Assembly: GCA_043228905.1 (NCBI GenBank)
Contig: JBHGNT010000002.1
Coordinates: 22,382,001 to 22,446,000, forward strand
DNA: 64,000 bases
DNA from: Azolla caroliniana
Taxonomy: Eukaryota > Plantae > Polypodiophyta
Direction: 5' to 3'
The translations under genes and the position numbers were made by a program. Below the pieces are notes generated by a model. The model did not search any database. It saw nothing but the letters and a program-made list of their open reading frames with translations, and was not told where the DNA came from. Positions 24,198 through 37,216 of the stretch are shown here, piece by piece. Every line of letters starts with the position of its first letter. Within the stretch, counting starts at the first letter, position 1.

Positions 24198-26783
24198 ATG
24201 ATAGTGCAAAAGAACTACACTCTCTTACCTTTAATCAAGACTTGTGCCCGAAAGAAGGACCTTTACATGGGCATTAAGCTCCATGAACATATCCGGAGGA
24301 AGAAAGGGTTGCTAGAAACGAGCATCTACCTGGCGAGCTGCTTAATCAGCATGTATTCCAAATGTGGAATGCTTGAAAAAGCACACGAAGTGCATAAAGA
24401 TATTGGGAACCCGAATGTTTTCTCTTGGAATGCATTGATTTCAGCATATACCCAACATGATCATATCAATGAAGCATTAGATTGTTTTGAAAGAATGCAA
24501 AATGAGGGTCTTTGTCGAGACTCATTCACTTTCAGTTGCATCGTGAAGGCATGTGGAAGAATAAGAAACATAGAAAAGGGGAAAAAAGTTCATGAAATGG
24601 TTATTGTTAATGAGGGTATGCTAGAGAATGATAATGTACTTGGAAATGCTTTGGTTGATATGTACGCGAAATGCGGTATGTTTGGAAAAGCTCAGAAAGT
24701 CATGGATGAGATTCGGATTCGAGATGTGGTAACTTGGAATGCCCTCATTGGTGGGTATGCACAACATGGAAAGGGAATCGAAGCATTGGTTTGCTTCAAA
24801 AAGATGAGGAAAGAAGGCATCTCTCCAGACTCGGTTACATTCATTTCCGTGTTGAAAGCATGTGGTAATGTCAAAGCTATAGACAAGGGCAAACAAATTC
24901 ATGATGAGATTTTGGAAAGTAGATGTATGCATGAGAAGGGTAAGGAGGAGGTTGTGCTTAGAAATGCTTTGGTGGATATGTATGCCAAATGTGGTGATAC
25001 TACCAAAGCACGAAAAGTTCTTGAAGAATTTCTTAATCGAGATGTAATCACTTGGAATGCACTAATTGGAGGGTATGCTGAACATGGTCAAGGCCATGAA
25101 GCATTGAATTGTTTCGCCAGAATGCAGAGTCAAGGCATCTGTCCAGATGCAGTTACCTTCATTTGCAGCTTAAAATCATGTGGTATTATAAGGGCCACAA
25201 ATATAGGCATCCAAATCCACAAAATGATCGTAAGTAAGGGCTTGTTCAGCAAAGATATCGTCCTGGACACAGCATTGGTGGACATGTATGCCAAATGTGG
25301 TATGCTTGCAAAAGCACAACAATTGCTCGAAGAGCTACCTGTTCGAAGCACAGTCTCTTGGAATGCGCTGATGGGAGGGTATGCCCAACAAAGGCAATTG
25401 GATAAAGTGCTCAATTGTTTCCAACAGATGCAAAATGAGGGCCTTTCGCCAGATGCTGTCACATTCATCTGTGTCCTGAATGCATGTGGGAGCACTGGGG
25501 CTATAGAGGAGGGCAACCAAATCTATGATAAGATTGTAAGTGGGGGCTTACTAAACAAGGATGGTGTGCTTGGGAATGCTCTAGTGAATATGTATGCCAA
25601 ATGTGGAGTCATTGAGAAAGCAGAAAAAGTGCTTCAAAAGCTCTTTTCAAGAGATGAAGTCTCTTGGTCAGCACTAATTTCCGGGTATGCCAAACAAGGA
25701 CTAGGTTACTCAGCCTTGGATTGCTTTGAACGCATGCAAAGTGATGGTATCTCTCCAGATCCAGTTACCTTTATTTCTTTGCTCAAAGCATGTGGCAATG
25801 CCAGAGCTATAGACAAGGGTAATCAAATTCATGAAAAGATTTTGGGCAAGGGCTTGTTAGAGAAGAATATGGTGCTTAGCAATGCATTGGTAGGTATGTA
25901 TGCAAAATGCGGAATGTTTGGAAAAGCTCAACAAGTACTCCATGATCTTCATTCATGTAATTTGGTCACTTGTTGGAATGCACTAATTGCAGGGTATGCT
26001 GAACAGGGGCAAGACCATGAAGCATTAAAGTGTTTGCAACAGATGAAAAGCAAAGGAGTTTACCCAGACATCGCTACATTTGTGTGTTGCTTAAAGGCAT
26101 GTGGTAATGCTGGAGCTATAGACAAAGGCAAACAAATTCATAATGAGATTGCGAGTAAGGGCTTGTTGGAGAAGGAAATTGTGCTCGGAAATGCCTTATT
26201 GAATATGTATACGAAATGTGGTCTACTTACAAAGGCACAACAAGTGCTCGAAGAGCTTCCTGCCCGAGACATTATCTCTTGGTCTACTTTGATTGGAGGT
26301 TATGCTCACCAAGGACAAGGTCATCAAGCACTAAGGTGCTTCGCAAGGATGCAAAGTGAGGGTCTTATTCCAGATTCAATCACGCTCTTGTGCCTTCTAA
26401 GTGCGTGTGGTTACTCTGGGTTATTTGATGAAGCTCGAGTACTTTTTGGCAGTATGACCCAAAGCTATCATGGTATTAGTTCATACTTAGATCAGCATGC
26501 TTGTATGATGATGATGATTCTTGGATACTCAGGGCAATTTGATAAGGCAATTACATTGACAAGGGTAATGCCATTGTCATCAAATTCATCTTTAGTTTGG
26601 CTATCACTCTTGAGTGCATGTAGGAAATGGGCAAATGTGAAGCTTGGAAGCTTGGCTTTCGGAAAAATAATACAACTAGACAAGAGTTGTGCTGTAGCTT
26701 ATGTGTTTATGGCAGATATTTTTGTAGCTGTGGGCATGGAAGAGGGTGCAAAATATGTTGAAGCTATGAGGGCCGAAATATAA
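24198..26783 (+). CDS. Intronless PLS-class pentatricopeptide repeat protein ending in an E domain, no DYW (861 aa)
   Basis: About 7 P-L-S triplets (WNALIGGYAQ.G...EG.SPD / VTF.C.LKACG...KG.QIH / LGNALVDMYAKCG), then L2/S2 and E motifs (VWLSLLSACRKWANVKLG, AYVFMADIF). Confidence 0.95.
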   Translation: MIVQKNYTLLPLIKTCARKKDLYMGIKLHEHIRRKKGLLETSIYLASCLISMYSKCGMLEKAHEVHKDIGNPNVFSWNALISAYTQHDHINEALDCFERMQNEGLCRDSFTFSCIVKACGRIRNIEKGKKVHEMVIVNEGMLENDNVLGNALVDMYAKCGMFGKAQKVMDEIRIRDVVTWNALIGGYAQHGKGIEALVCFKKMRKEGISPDSVTFISVLKACGNVKAIDKGKQIHDEILESRCMHEKGKEEVVLRNALVDMYAKCGDTTKARKVLEEFLNRDVITWNALIGGYAEHGQGHEALNCFARMQSQGICPDAVTFICSLKSCGIIRATNIGIQIHKMIVSKGLFSKDIVLDTALVDMYAKCGMLAKAQQLLEELPVRSTVSWNALMGGYAQQRQLDKVLNCFQQMQNEGLSPDAVTFICVLNACGSTGAIEEGNQIYDKIVSGGLLNKDGVLGNALVNMYAKCGVIEKAEKVLQKLFSRDEVSWSALISGYAKQGLGYSALDCFERMQSDGISPDPVTFISLLKACGNARAIDKGNQIHEKILGKGLLEKNMVLSNALVGMYAKCGMFGKAQQVLHDLHSCNLVTCWNALIAGYAEQGQDHEALKCLQQMKSKGVYPDIATFVCCLKACGNAGAIDKGKQIHNEIASKGLLEKEIVLGNALLNMYTKCGLLTKAQQVLEELPARDIISWSTLIGGYAHQGQGHQALRCFARMQSEGLIPDSITLLCLLSACGYSGLFDEARVLFGSMTQSYHGISSYLDQHACMMMMILGYSGQFDKAITLTRVMPLSSNSSLVWLSLLSACRKWANVKLGSLAFGKIIQLDKSCAVAYVFMADIFVAVGMEEGAKYVEAMRAEI

Positions 26784-28585
26784 TTCCAAATGGGAATAGT
26801 GAGTGTCATTTGTTTTGTTAGGTGATTTTTTAAATCATGAAGAAACTGATTTAGGATCACTGGAAAGTGCTCTTCAGTATCGTGCGGACAAAGGCCAAAG
26901 CCACATGAGAAGGGGTTAAATGTACATGGCAAATCCGTCCTCGCCAATTTGGTTTCACAATACCCTTGATTGTAAGGTGGTTTCAAATTGCGAGCTCAAA
27001 TCAAGTTGGGCTTAATTTTTTGGGGTCTGGATGCATACACCAATACGGGAACCTGGATGTGTTGCAGACTAGGATACAGACATTGCTAGGATGGATGAAG
27101 TCCCAGGAAGTTAATCGCCCAATATTGATGATGGTGGTGATAGTGGTGACCATGACGATGTATTATTGTCCTGAGGGCCAGTCAGTAACATGCCATAGTG
27201 GACTCACCAAAATGCATGTCACTTATATTGTTTGTATGTTCTTTTCAATGCCAAAGGAAGGATCACATGTAAGTGTTTCGAAGGTCAGGCTTATATTGTG
27301 AACAACTCGAGTTATACTAATAGTTTGATGCATTAGGCTACCAACGAAATGGTGGTGGAACCATATGCTTTGCATCGTAATATAAGGTGCTCTTAATGCT
27401 GAGAGTTGTCAGTATGTTTGATATCTCAGATCAATGCATCTGTGGTGTTGTTACTCCACGTCCTCTTTCCATTTAGCCGGATTTATGTCCACAGATGCAG
27501 TTTGTTTCAATGTCTGCTCTTGTGCAGCTTTGTTGGTATATCAAGTAGGTTATTTATATTGTAACCATATTTGCGCATTGATGTGTACCATGCTAGAAGA
27601 GGAAGTGTTATGTATATTTTTCTTACATATTTTCACCTTGCATAGATGGATTGGTGACTGATATTTTTATTAAAACGAGTATGAGATGCATTATGACCTT
27701 GAGGTTTGGGCAGCCATCTCTAAAAGCAGAAGGATGTATATAGCAAGTTAGAAATGTAATCCAAAGTCCATAACATTCATTGTAATGTCATGTCATTAGA
27801 AATCCAAATTAAATATATGGAATCATACATACCAAGTTATGATATGGACCATAATCCAAATCCATAACCCTACTATAATAGGCTATATTTTATCGTAATT
27901 GGCATTGTCATTGTCATTGGTTATCTGAAGTCATTTTTACTCTGGAACCTTAGGAGTATCGGTTGTTTACCTCCATGGTAATGGTTTCCATGTTTAAAAA
28001 CGTTGCACAGAAAGCTTCACATGATTGACAAGGACGACCTCTTTTTCCAGCTGAAGCAATATTGACCGCAAAATAATCCTAATGTTTGAAACTTTGCTCC
28101 AAATATGTCAAAACATGGAACTCTGTTCCAAGACATTCTTTCAAACTGACAGTGGCACATAGTTTTGTTTCAGAACTTTCACATATCAAATTCCCTTCCA
28201 AATATTAAGAGTAAAATGAAGCAATCCACACCAAGTTGAACACACTTCTATGATTAGAAAAAGATAATGATTAACAGAATTGATGAAGAAAAGTCAAAAC
28301 ATCAGCTTACGTTAAAAAAAAGCACTACTGGTTCAAAGCACTTATCTATATCCTTGTTATAAAGGAAAATTTGAAATGACACATGTAGTAGAATAGAGAA
28401 AATGAATTACACTTGATTTGATCAAACATCTTCCTCCCTAGTTAAGGAGAATGTTGCATATAAACCGACAATACATAGGACAGGGATACGAAGGCCTATA
28501 TAAAGAACTGAATCCCATAGCCATTCCCTTTTATACAAAAACCTTCAAAGCATGATAACTTTTTAAGGCCCGTCTATTAACTAAC

Positions 28586-31500
28586 TCAGCTTGAATCACC
28601 TTGCTGTATGCTTTTCTCTTTTTGTTGTTCTTGCTGCAAAAACAAAAACAGAGTTCTATTAAGGCACTATTTGGCACATACATATAAAGGGTGTTTTTTT
28701 GGTACATCAGTTTAAAAGACACTTTTTTTTTTGTACATAAATGTATAGAAGGCATTCTATTCAGTAAATACTCTAGAATGTGATTTTTCAGCACACAATA
28801 TAAAACGTGCTTTACTACAGTATAACCTATGCATGGTCCATCAAACATACATATCTAACGTAATTTTTTAGCACTGTGCAGAGCTATAGTTTTCTTCTTT
28901 TCATTTTGAGAAGCCTCGTTTGAAAAGATTCTGTTGAAGCCCTAAAACTTAAGATCAGTTTAATATTGATTCTACAAAAATAAAGATAAACACGGGTGCC
29001 TTTTAGTAGAATACTAAACATTGTTTCTTATGTATTCACAATTTTTGAGTTTGTGCTACAATAACCTAATTGGATCTTGTACTTCAGTTGAATCATAAAA
29101 TAAGCACTTCTCCAAAATGCATATCAGGTAGTGATATCACAATCTGAGAAATCCCTTGTTTGTTACACACATTCAATATCGTTTTGTACTTGCATATAAA
29201 AGGTGCTTTTCACGTTATAAGCATATGAAAAGGTTATTTTCTTGGTACACATCCTTATCAAAGGTGCTTGATTTGGCACACACAAATAAAAGGTGCTTTT
29301 CTGGTACATTGTACGCAAGTATAAAAAGGCACTTTTTTCCTACATACATTAAAAGGTGGTTTTCTTTTTGGATAAAAAGGCGCTCTTTTTGGTTGTCACA
29401 TATGCATAGAACCTACTGGAAAAGGAAACATCAAAACTCTTAAAAAAAAAACTTTATTATGTTACATATATATCAAACTTAGCTACTAACTGAAGGAAAC
29501 GCCATCATCACTTAAAGCAAGTACATATGCCTTCTTATTAAAGAAGCATAAATTTCATTGATAAAAAGTATATATCACTTCTTAAAGCAAGCATACATAC
29601 CCATTCATGGAGAGCTCCACCTGCAGGAGCTTTGATCTGTACCTTTTCCTCAGGTTTTTTGCTAGCTTGCTGCGCTGCTTCAGCCTCAGCAAGACGTTTC
29701 TTCAATTTATCAATCTCCTTCAGAAAACAATATGCAAAAGGAATTATTTTAGGTCAGCTCAACAAAAAATGATGCACTTCTAAGTCAATTTTTTAGAAGG
29801 GAAAACCGCCTACTTCCAAAATTTCTGGAATACCCCTCCTGTAGCACAACAAAAGAGGTATTCTTGGAAACGTAGGGGTATTCTGAACAAATGAACAATA
29901 AGCTAAGGGGTATTGATCACTGTTTTCCCATTATTTTACTAAAGATAGTTCATAACAAGTTGTTTGGAGAAAATAAAAATTTGATCCACCAAGAGGGCTA
30001 TGCTATCATATGCAAGGAAAGTGATAATGCAATTTGTTTTCATGTTTTTACATGAAATAAATATTTTTCTTGTCTAGTAAGGAGCAAAAACACCAAATAT
30101 ACTCGTACTTTCTTGATATATTTCCCCAAGGATATCCCTAAGCTTCCGAAAATGGCAGAATTACCTTCGTAGTAAATGTTTGTGCCCTACTATTGAGGCA
30201 TTTTGGTCATTTTTTGAAGAACTTAAGAATAGTCAAGTCAGTATCAAACAAGTAAAGGGTATTTTGGTAATTCCAACACACTAGTTTCTGAAAACATAAC
30301 GGTATTCACATAAATATCTAGATAGTTGAGGGTATTGAGTGGATTTTTCCCCATTAATAAGGAGAAGGGAGAGAGTGGAGCTTACAGGAGATTGGCCTTC
30401 TGGATCCAGAAATTCTACTCTTAATACCCTCTCCACTGCAACAAACTCCTTCCGTTCATCGAACTGAAAATAATTACATTTAGACACATTATATGTCTCA
30501 AAATTATAGAACTAAAATAAAAATAATTCTTCATAACAGCTCCCTCAAAGGACTGTCTTATTGATCAAGCACATTGTCATAATGCCACATCACTTTTGAT
30601 CTTTTCTTACCAGTTCAGGAGTGAACACAACTCCTGGTTTGACTTTCAGACTCACAATTTTGAACTTCTCCTTGCTTTTCTTTTCTTCTTCATGTTCTGG
30701 CATCTCAATGAACTTCACCACTGCCAAGTGTTTTTTACACAAAACATAGAATCTGCTTAGGCACTTTTGTTTGGTACTATGAACATATTTGTGCATGTAT
30801 ATGTGTGTGTGTGTGAGTATTCCAGATAAAACTCTCAATGTGGTGACAAAATGGACGTTACTGTCTATCTTAATACTAGAAACACTCATTCAATGAACAA
30901 AAGAAGGCAAATATATGTTCCTCTATGACTTTTGAGGTAGCAGAAAAGAAAAAGTGGGTTTTAACCTACCAGTAGCAATAATTGCTTCTCCAGGAGCAAG
31001 AATGGCATTAGGAGGACGCATGAAACAGCTCTTTGGAGAATTTGTTTGAAACTGTTGATTTGTTTTACATCATTCATTACTTGTTTGTATCAAAAAAGAA
31101 AAGGGAAGAAGTATTCAATCTTATTAAATAAAGAATGTCTATCAAACCTTGAATGCAACTGGTGATCCACTTGTATTCTTGATCCTTATAGCACTAGACA
31201 CTTGTTTGCCCGGTTCATCTACTTAAGTCCAACACTTTGTCATGAGAACTAACATCTTACATATAGATCATGAAAAATAAAATACAAACATAATAGCAGA
31301 ATGGCATAATAACAAAAGAAAAAGTCATTTAAATCACTTGGCCTGATGTGTAAAAGGACATAAGTTCCTTGTTTTGGAAGAATCACTAATGGAGAGTAAT
31401 CTCACATGCTATGGAAATTACCCTTCTGAGGTTGCATATATGAAAACACATGCAATCTTGCATACATTAGGCCAAACATACACATCAAATGCAGCATGAA

Positions 31501-32990
31501 CACACATGCACACTCCATGGCAAGACATGAAATGAGTTTAAATCATTTACAGAGAAGAACCACTATTATGACCTAAATAAAATCATGTAATCCCTTTTAA
31601 AGGATGCATAAAGTTGAATTCTTCACAACCAAACCCTAATATAGATCAAAGAGACCACATTAATTCTAAGGAACTATAACATCAACTTCACTACAACCTA
31701 ATGACAATATGAAAAGGTCTGAAATATAAGTAATACATGAAAGTAAATTCCTTTACTTTCAAACCTGAATGCATGCACAAAAGTGTATTCTTTACATCAT
31801 AATTAATGGAGGCTAATGATGTTCAAATCAGCTATAGAGACGATTACATATACCAGAATATGGGTATCAAAGGAACTACCTTTGCCCAGTCCATTAGATA
31901 AATGTGAATTCCTTTTACCCTCAAACCCTAATGGAGGACAAATAGCTCAAATCTGTTATTAAGAAAATCACATTACCAGAAAGTAACGGGTTTATATCAT
32001 AACTCATATGCAATACATACAAAAAGTAAGAGAGGCCCACAATGGATTACATAAAAGCACATAAGGGAAATTACTCAAATCTGTTATAGAGAAGATTGCA
32101 AGTATTGAAATGTGTTTGTATCAAAGAGACTTTCTTTAAGCATTATTTTATATTCAAGCACTAATGTATGCATGAAAGCGAATTATCTTACACTCAAACC
32201 CTAATGATGAAAAATAGCTTGAATCAGTTATGGAGAAAATTGAATAACCAGAATGTGAGTATGAATGGAATTTTTTCTATGCACATTCAACCCCAAACGA
32301 ATGCATTCCTTTAAACTCAAACTCTAATCCCCAAGAACTAATAAAATGCAAAAGATAATCAGTCATACAGAAGACTGTATTATCAGAATGCGGGTATTCG
32401 AAGGGGATCAATATGCATTCCTTCACATTTAAAACCTAATCGATGCACAGATATTCATTCCTTTATGCTCAAGTGCTAGTGGAGGTTAAGTAGCTGACAT
32501 CAATTATAGACAAAATTGTATTAACATAATTGAGTATCACGGGAACTTCCGTTAAATACTTCTGTATATTCAAACCCTAATGGAGTGCAAATGGATCAAA
32601 TCACTCATAGCGATGATTCCAATAGCAGAATATGGGTATGAGGAAACTTCATTGATGCGTTCCTCCTTTACATTCAAACACTAATGGAGGCTGGAAAGCA
32701 CATTTATCGAGATTCATCTTTAAAGCCAGCGCTGGAGGCTGACTAAAAATTTAATAATGAGTGGAGTGGGCATGAAAATGTGACTTACAGAGGAAGTAGA
32801 GTTTATTATCAGGAGTGAGTCGGAGGCGTCGCCTATTAGATAACATTGCTTTTGCTATGGCAGCGAGGGAGGGAAGCCTTGAAGGCGCTGCAGTGGTCGC
32901 TCCATTTTGATGTAAATGCTCATCGTCTTGTCGCTGCTGATGCTGATGCTGATGAAAGAATCCATGGGCATCATTGGCCGGCTTCGCCAT
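28586..32990 (-). CDS. VAMP-associated protein / MSP-domain protein without a TM anchor (VAP4-type, VAP27 clade III-like); 7 exons
   Basis: Exons 32990-32789, 31218-31148, 31051-30970, 30720-30611, 30463-30386, 29717-29601, 28633-28586, all GT-AG and in frame. Motifs RRRLRLTPDNKLYFLYEPGKQVSSAIRIKNTS..VAFKFQTNSPKSCFMRPP, KFKIVSLKV and LKKRLAEAEAA. Confidence 0.92.
31620..32700. repeat. Degenerate intronic tandem array (~110-140 bp unit) carrying telo-boxes
   Basis: Recurring caaaccctaatggag...aaatc.gttat.gaga..att..at.accagaatatgggtat. AAACCCTAA at 31631, 31923, 32196 and 32572, with variants at 32319, 32431 and 32676. Confidence 0.75.
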
Positions 32991-35900
32991 ACAAATTTCT
33001 GGGTTTTGGGCTTTCAAAAGGTGGTTTAGGGTTTCGAAGATGGTTTAGGGTTTTGAAGATGGTTTAGGGTTTTGAGAGACCGAGGGTTTTAAAACCCACT
33101 TTCTGTTGACAAAGATCGGATGGGGCAAATCTTGAAATTGAAGTGGGCAATTGAGCATATATATATATATATATATATATATGCAAAAAGTGACACGGAA
33201 GAGACGCCCAGGAACAGGGGAGACAGAGACAGAGAGAGAGATGGGGACTCGGGAGCAGGGCTTACTACAGTCAATATATTTATATGTATCATAAGCTCGA
33301 GCCTTACACACACACACAACAATAGGCTCCCATGGGTTCACACTTTGGGCGGACAAAGTTGGTTTTCCGCACCCCGGACATTCGCTTGTGATGTGATTCG
33401 ATGCTATGCCATGCAACGCGCTCCGCAAAACCCTTCCAACCATTACCCGTCTTGATTGTGCGCTAATTTACTCATCGGGGAAGTGTAATTAAGGTCTAGC
33501 TTTCACATGGACCCGATACGATTATCAAATAGTCAGTTGCCCAACAGGTGTTAATCATCCATCAAGAGACTAATTAAAGGCTACCCAATAGATTTCCTAG
33601 GCCAGCCCCGATGTTTATCTAGGCTTTTGCTATATAATGAGACAACGACAATTGCCTTATATGTATAGCCTATGTGTATATATAAGACAATTGTCGTCGT
33701 CTCATTATATCATCGCCCACTGTAATATTCATGCTTATGTTGATCAACAATTGATTCTCTTAGACAAAAAGAGACATGTGTGGAGTTTCAAATATTGCGC
33801 GGCCCTGTGTAAGACCATGTTCGTTGCAGCATTTTTGCACATTGAAAGGGGACTAGATCTCTCCTATATCACATGATCCACTCCTATGATTGTTTCGAAT
33901 AGTCAATGTACGTAGTATGCCTTGCCAACAAGCTTCTAATAGGTAACCTTAATATCAAAAGTAATGCAAAATGAATGTAAACTTATTGACAATTTATCAT
34001 AACCCTTCCTCGCATCCCCATCGAAAGCTCATCATATCCCTTCCTTTTTTAATACAACAAATTCACACATTAGGTAGCCCATAATAAGTTCCAATAGTCA
34101 TTCATATCATTAGAATAAAACATCAAATGAAAGTGCATAGTTCAAACATTGTTGAAATGGGAAGGTCTTAAGTTATGTTATCCATTGCCAGCTACGTCCA
34201 TTTGAATTGGCCAATGAATCAACAAGAGCTCATGCATCTATATATTTTGGCTAAAAAAGTCCAACAATTTCTACAACGAACAATACATTCACCCAATGTA
34301 TCCAATACATCATGACCTTGATAGGATTAAACCTTACACAAAGCTTTTATTGCTTATGGTTCATATTTTGACAACTATATACTTGAAGCCACCAGATCAA
34401 TATTAGAATGTAAGATTAATAGTTTGCTCCTTGCTAGATGATTTCAATTAAAATTCAATGATATGTTTGATTGTAGAGCAATAATTAGTGTATCTATTTA
34501 TTTTGGACTAAACATTAATATTAGGATGGGGAGGTGTTCACTGTTGGGTTTGGACTCAAACAATAATCATGCTTGACAAGCACTCTTACAAATGGTGTGC
34601 AGTGTACACCTTGTGGATCATGGTTTTACATTTATGACATGCATGATGTGATGATATAACAAGTGTATCTCCATTCTCCATCATTGAATGATGTATATAG
34701 AGACGCATTGATGGTCACAACTCGTTGGTTATATGGCATTTACTCTAACTGAGAGCGATTGGATCAATTATCTTAAAAATAAATGTGACATTCAATTCAA
34801 TTTCCATGTTTTTTAATGCTTTTGTTACAATATTGTTTTCAACTTTTGAAGAGTTAACGCTACAAAGGTAGAAAGGAAAAGAGTGAACAACTATTACACC
34901 TCGTTTAGTTTACAAAGTACGAAAGTGTTTGTTCATTCATGTTTTAGTATTGACGATCTTGTAAATTTAAAAAATATAAACCATACGATAATTTCGTTAA
35001 AAGCTAAGAACTATGCCATTTAATAATGCTACTTTAAATCGAATGAAATTTATTCTACTGCAATCAAATCAAATAACTTTATTCTTTTAGGTCCTCTTAC
35101 TCAAGTAAACTTCTATGCAACATTCATAAAATGGATGACAATTATTGACTTCAACCTTTTATTACTTTCTATTCATTTCATTGTGATGAGTGTATCCTAT
35201 TTATGTTTACATTCTAGCATGGACCTTACTATCATTATAACCTTGCAACTATTCCTTTGTCATATTAATAACCATCAAAGAGTAATTGTACAACTTGATA
35301 TGACGTAATAGCATTTATTCTTAAATAATAGTGTCCCCTTTTTTGAGTATTTTGTACTTTAGGAACATTTGTTTTGGCATCCCACAACTAAGTCTATGTG
35401 TCATAGACTCAAGGTACATCTAATGACGTAAAAATTAACAACTAAACATTGGTGGAGAACTTGGATCAAAGCTCTAGTCCATTTTTACCTAGTTATTACT
35501 AACCATGCAATCATTCCATGTACTGAAATGAGGACTCATCTTTGCTAACATTGTAAGTAAATTCAACATCATGAAACATTTATAACCAAGTTAGCATGCT
35601 ATAGTATAGACATATTGGTATTGGCATGATTTGGTTCAAAAATGTACATGAAAGGTAGCCTCATGCTTGAAAACACTAGGCCAAAAGGATTTATAAGTCC
35701 CAAAATACCCCATGCTCAAAAATATGGGGTTATCAAAATGTCCAGTGAAAAGGCCAAAGAAATATCCTAATCAAGGAAATCTAAAAAGATTTGGGACATG
35801 GAACTTGAAGTGACGCAAATCTATCAACCACCTAGCTACAAACTTAGAGCTTCCATAAAATACAATATACATTTTGTTTTTTGTTTTTGGAGTTTTAAAA

Positions 35901-37216
35901 TGAGATGGATGACCAAGATTTTCTCGATCTATGTGTGATGCATCCTAGTCGTGATTCTATTGAGGTAATGAACAAGTTTATTTGTTTGTTATGGTACACC
36001 ATGTTACTATTTCATACGATCCAACGATGAAAAAGGTTTTGATATTTGAGTTTTGCTCTCCACCTTGCATCCCTAATCTCCCTTCCATGTGAAGGTTGTG
36101 ACAAGGATCTCTTCCTCTATGTTATTTTGGTCGTCTCTCACGAGTCACGACCTTCGAGCCTCCATTAGGGAACCTTACCAATTGGTCTACGATGGAGGGG
36201 TTTCTTGCACACATATAATATATTCCCCATATGCATTTAACAAATTTATCGCTTCATTGTCCAAATAAGACATTTGAAAATGTACTCTTCAAGGACTTTT
36301 GTTAAGTGATTGCCAAACATATCATCATGAACACTTCCCAGACAAAACTAACAATCATACGAGTCCACAATAAAGAGGGTAATCGTACTTTAGGATAGAA
36401 GCCTAATGTCCACAAATGTAAAAAGGACAAAATTATAAGTAGTCAAATGTAAAAGAAGTACAATTTCTTATGATGAAGCCTTTTACTTTGTCTTGTTCAT
36501 TTTTTAGAATCATACCATAAGTTAGAGCTCGTTGTTCCTAATCCTCTCTCTCTCTCTCATACAAAACATGGGATTCTTTCTTTCACGTTCTTATGTTTCA
36601 TTTGTAAGTACTTAAGATTTTTATACTTAACTTTTGTTCTCATATATGTTAGTAAGAAATCAAAAGTAGTCGTTGAATTGAAGTTTGAATTTTTATTTCT
36701 TTCCTTTCATCAAAATTTAAGGTAAGTTAATAAGTTTAAATTAAGCCATTCTTTGTGCTACCTTTTTCTAGTAAGTTAAAGAGAAATATGTATGATTAAG
36801 AAATTTGTTTAGGTAAGGTAGGGTAGGGTTCTAATTTAAATGATTTAGAGTGGTCGACACATATTCCTTGCCCTCTTCACAAAACAAAGGGTGCACGTTT
36901 CTCCAATATCATGCAATGATCTAAAGTAAAAAAGGTTGTTAGATAATTGTGTCAAAGAAATATGTCATTGGCGTTGTGGTTGAGGACTACTATGGATACC
37001 CCCAAGAGTTTGGGAGAGCTTCTTTGTAAGCTCACAAGACTACAAGGAGTCTATGAAGTGTTCACCAAAACTTTTTGTGAGCTCCCAAAGCCACAACATG
37101 TCCAAGTAGAAGTAACAAAAATTCTTGTTAAACATTACTTGAATTTATTTTTGTTATCATTATTTCTCATTAACTCCTCTCTAATATTCCCTTATCGTTG
37201 TTTGATTGATATTGAC

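Noticed and set aside
24621-26683. Antisense ORFs within the PPR gene
   Set aside because: They are shadow frames of the repetitive PPR coding sequence.
33900-36900. Possible decayed DNA-transposon coding sequence
   Set aside because: I could not find convincing transposase motifs or termini by eye.
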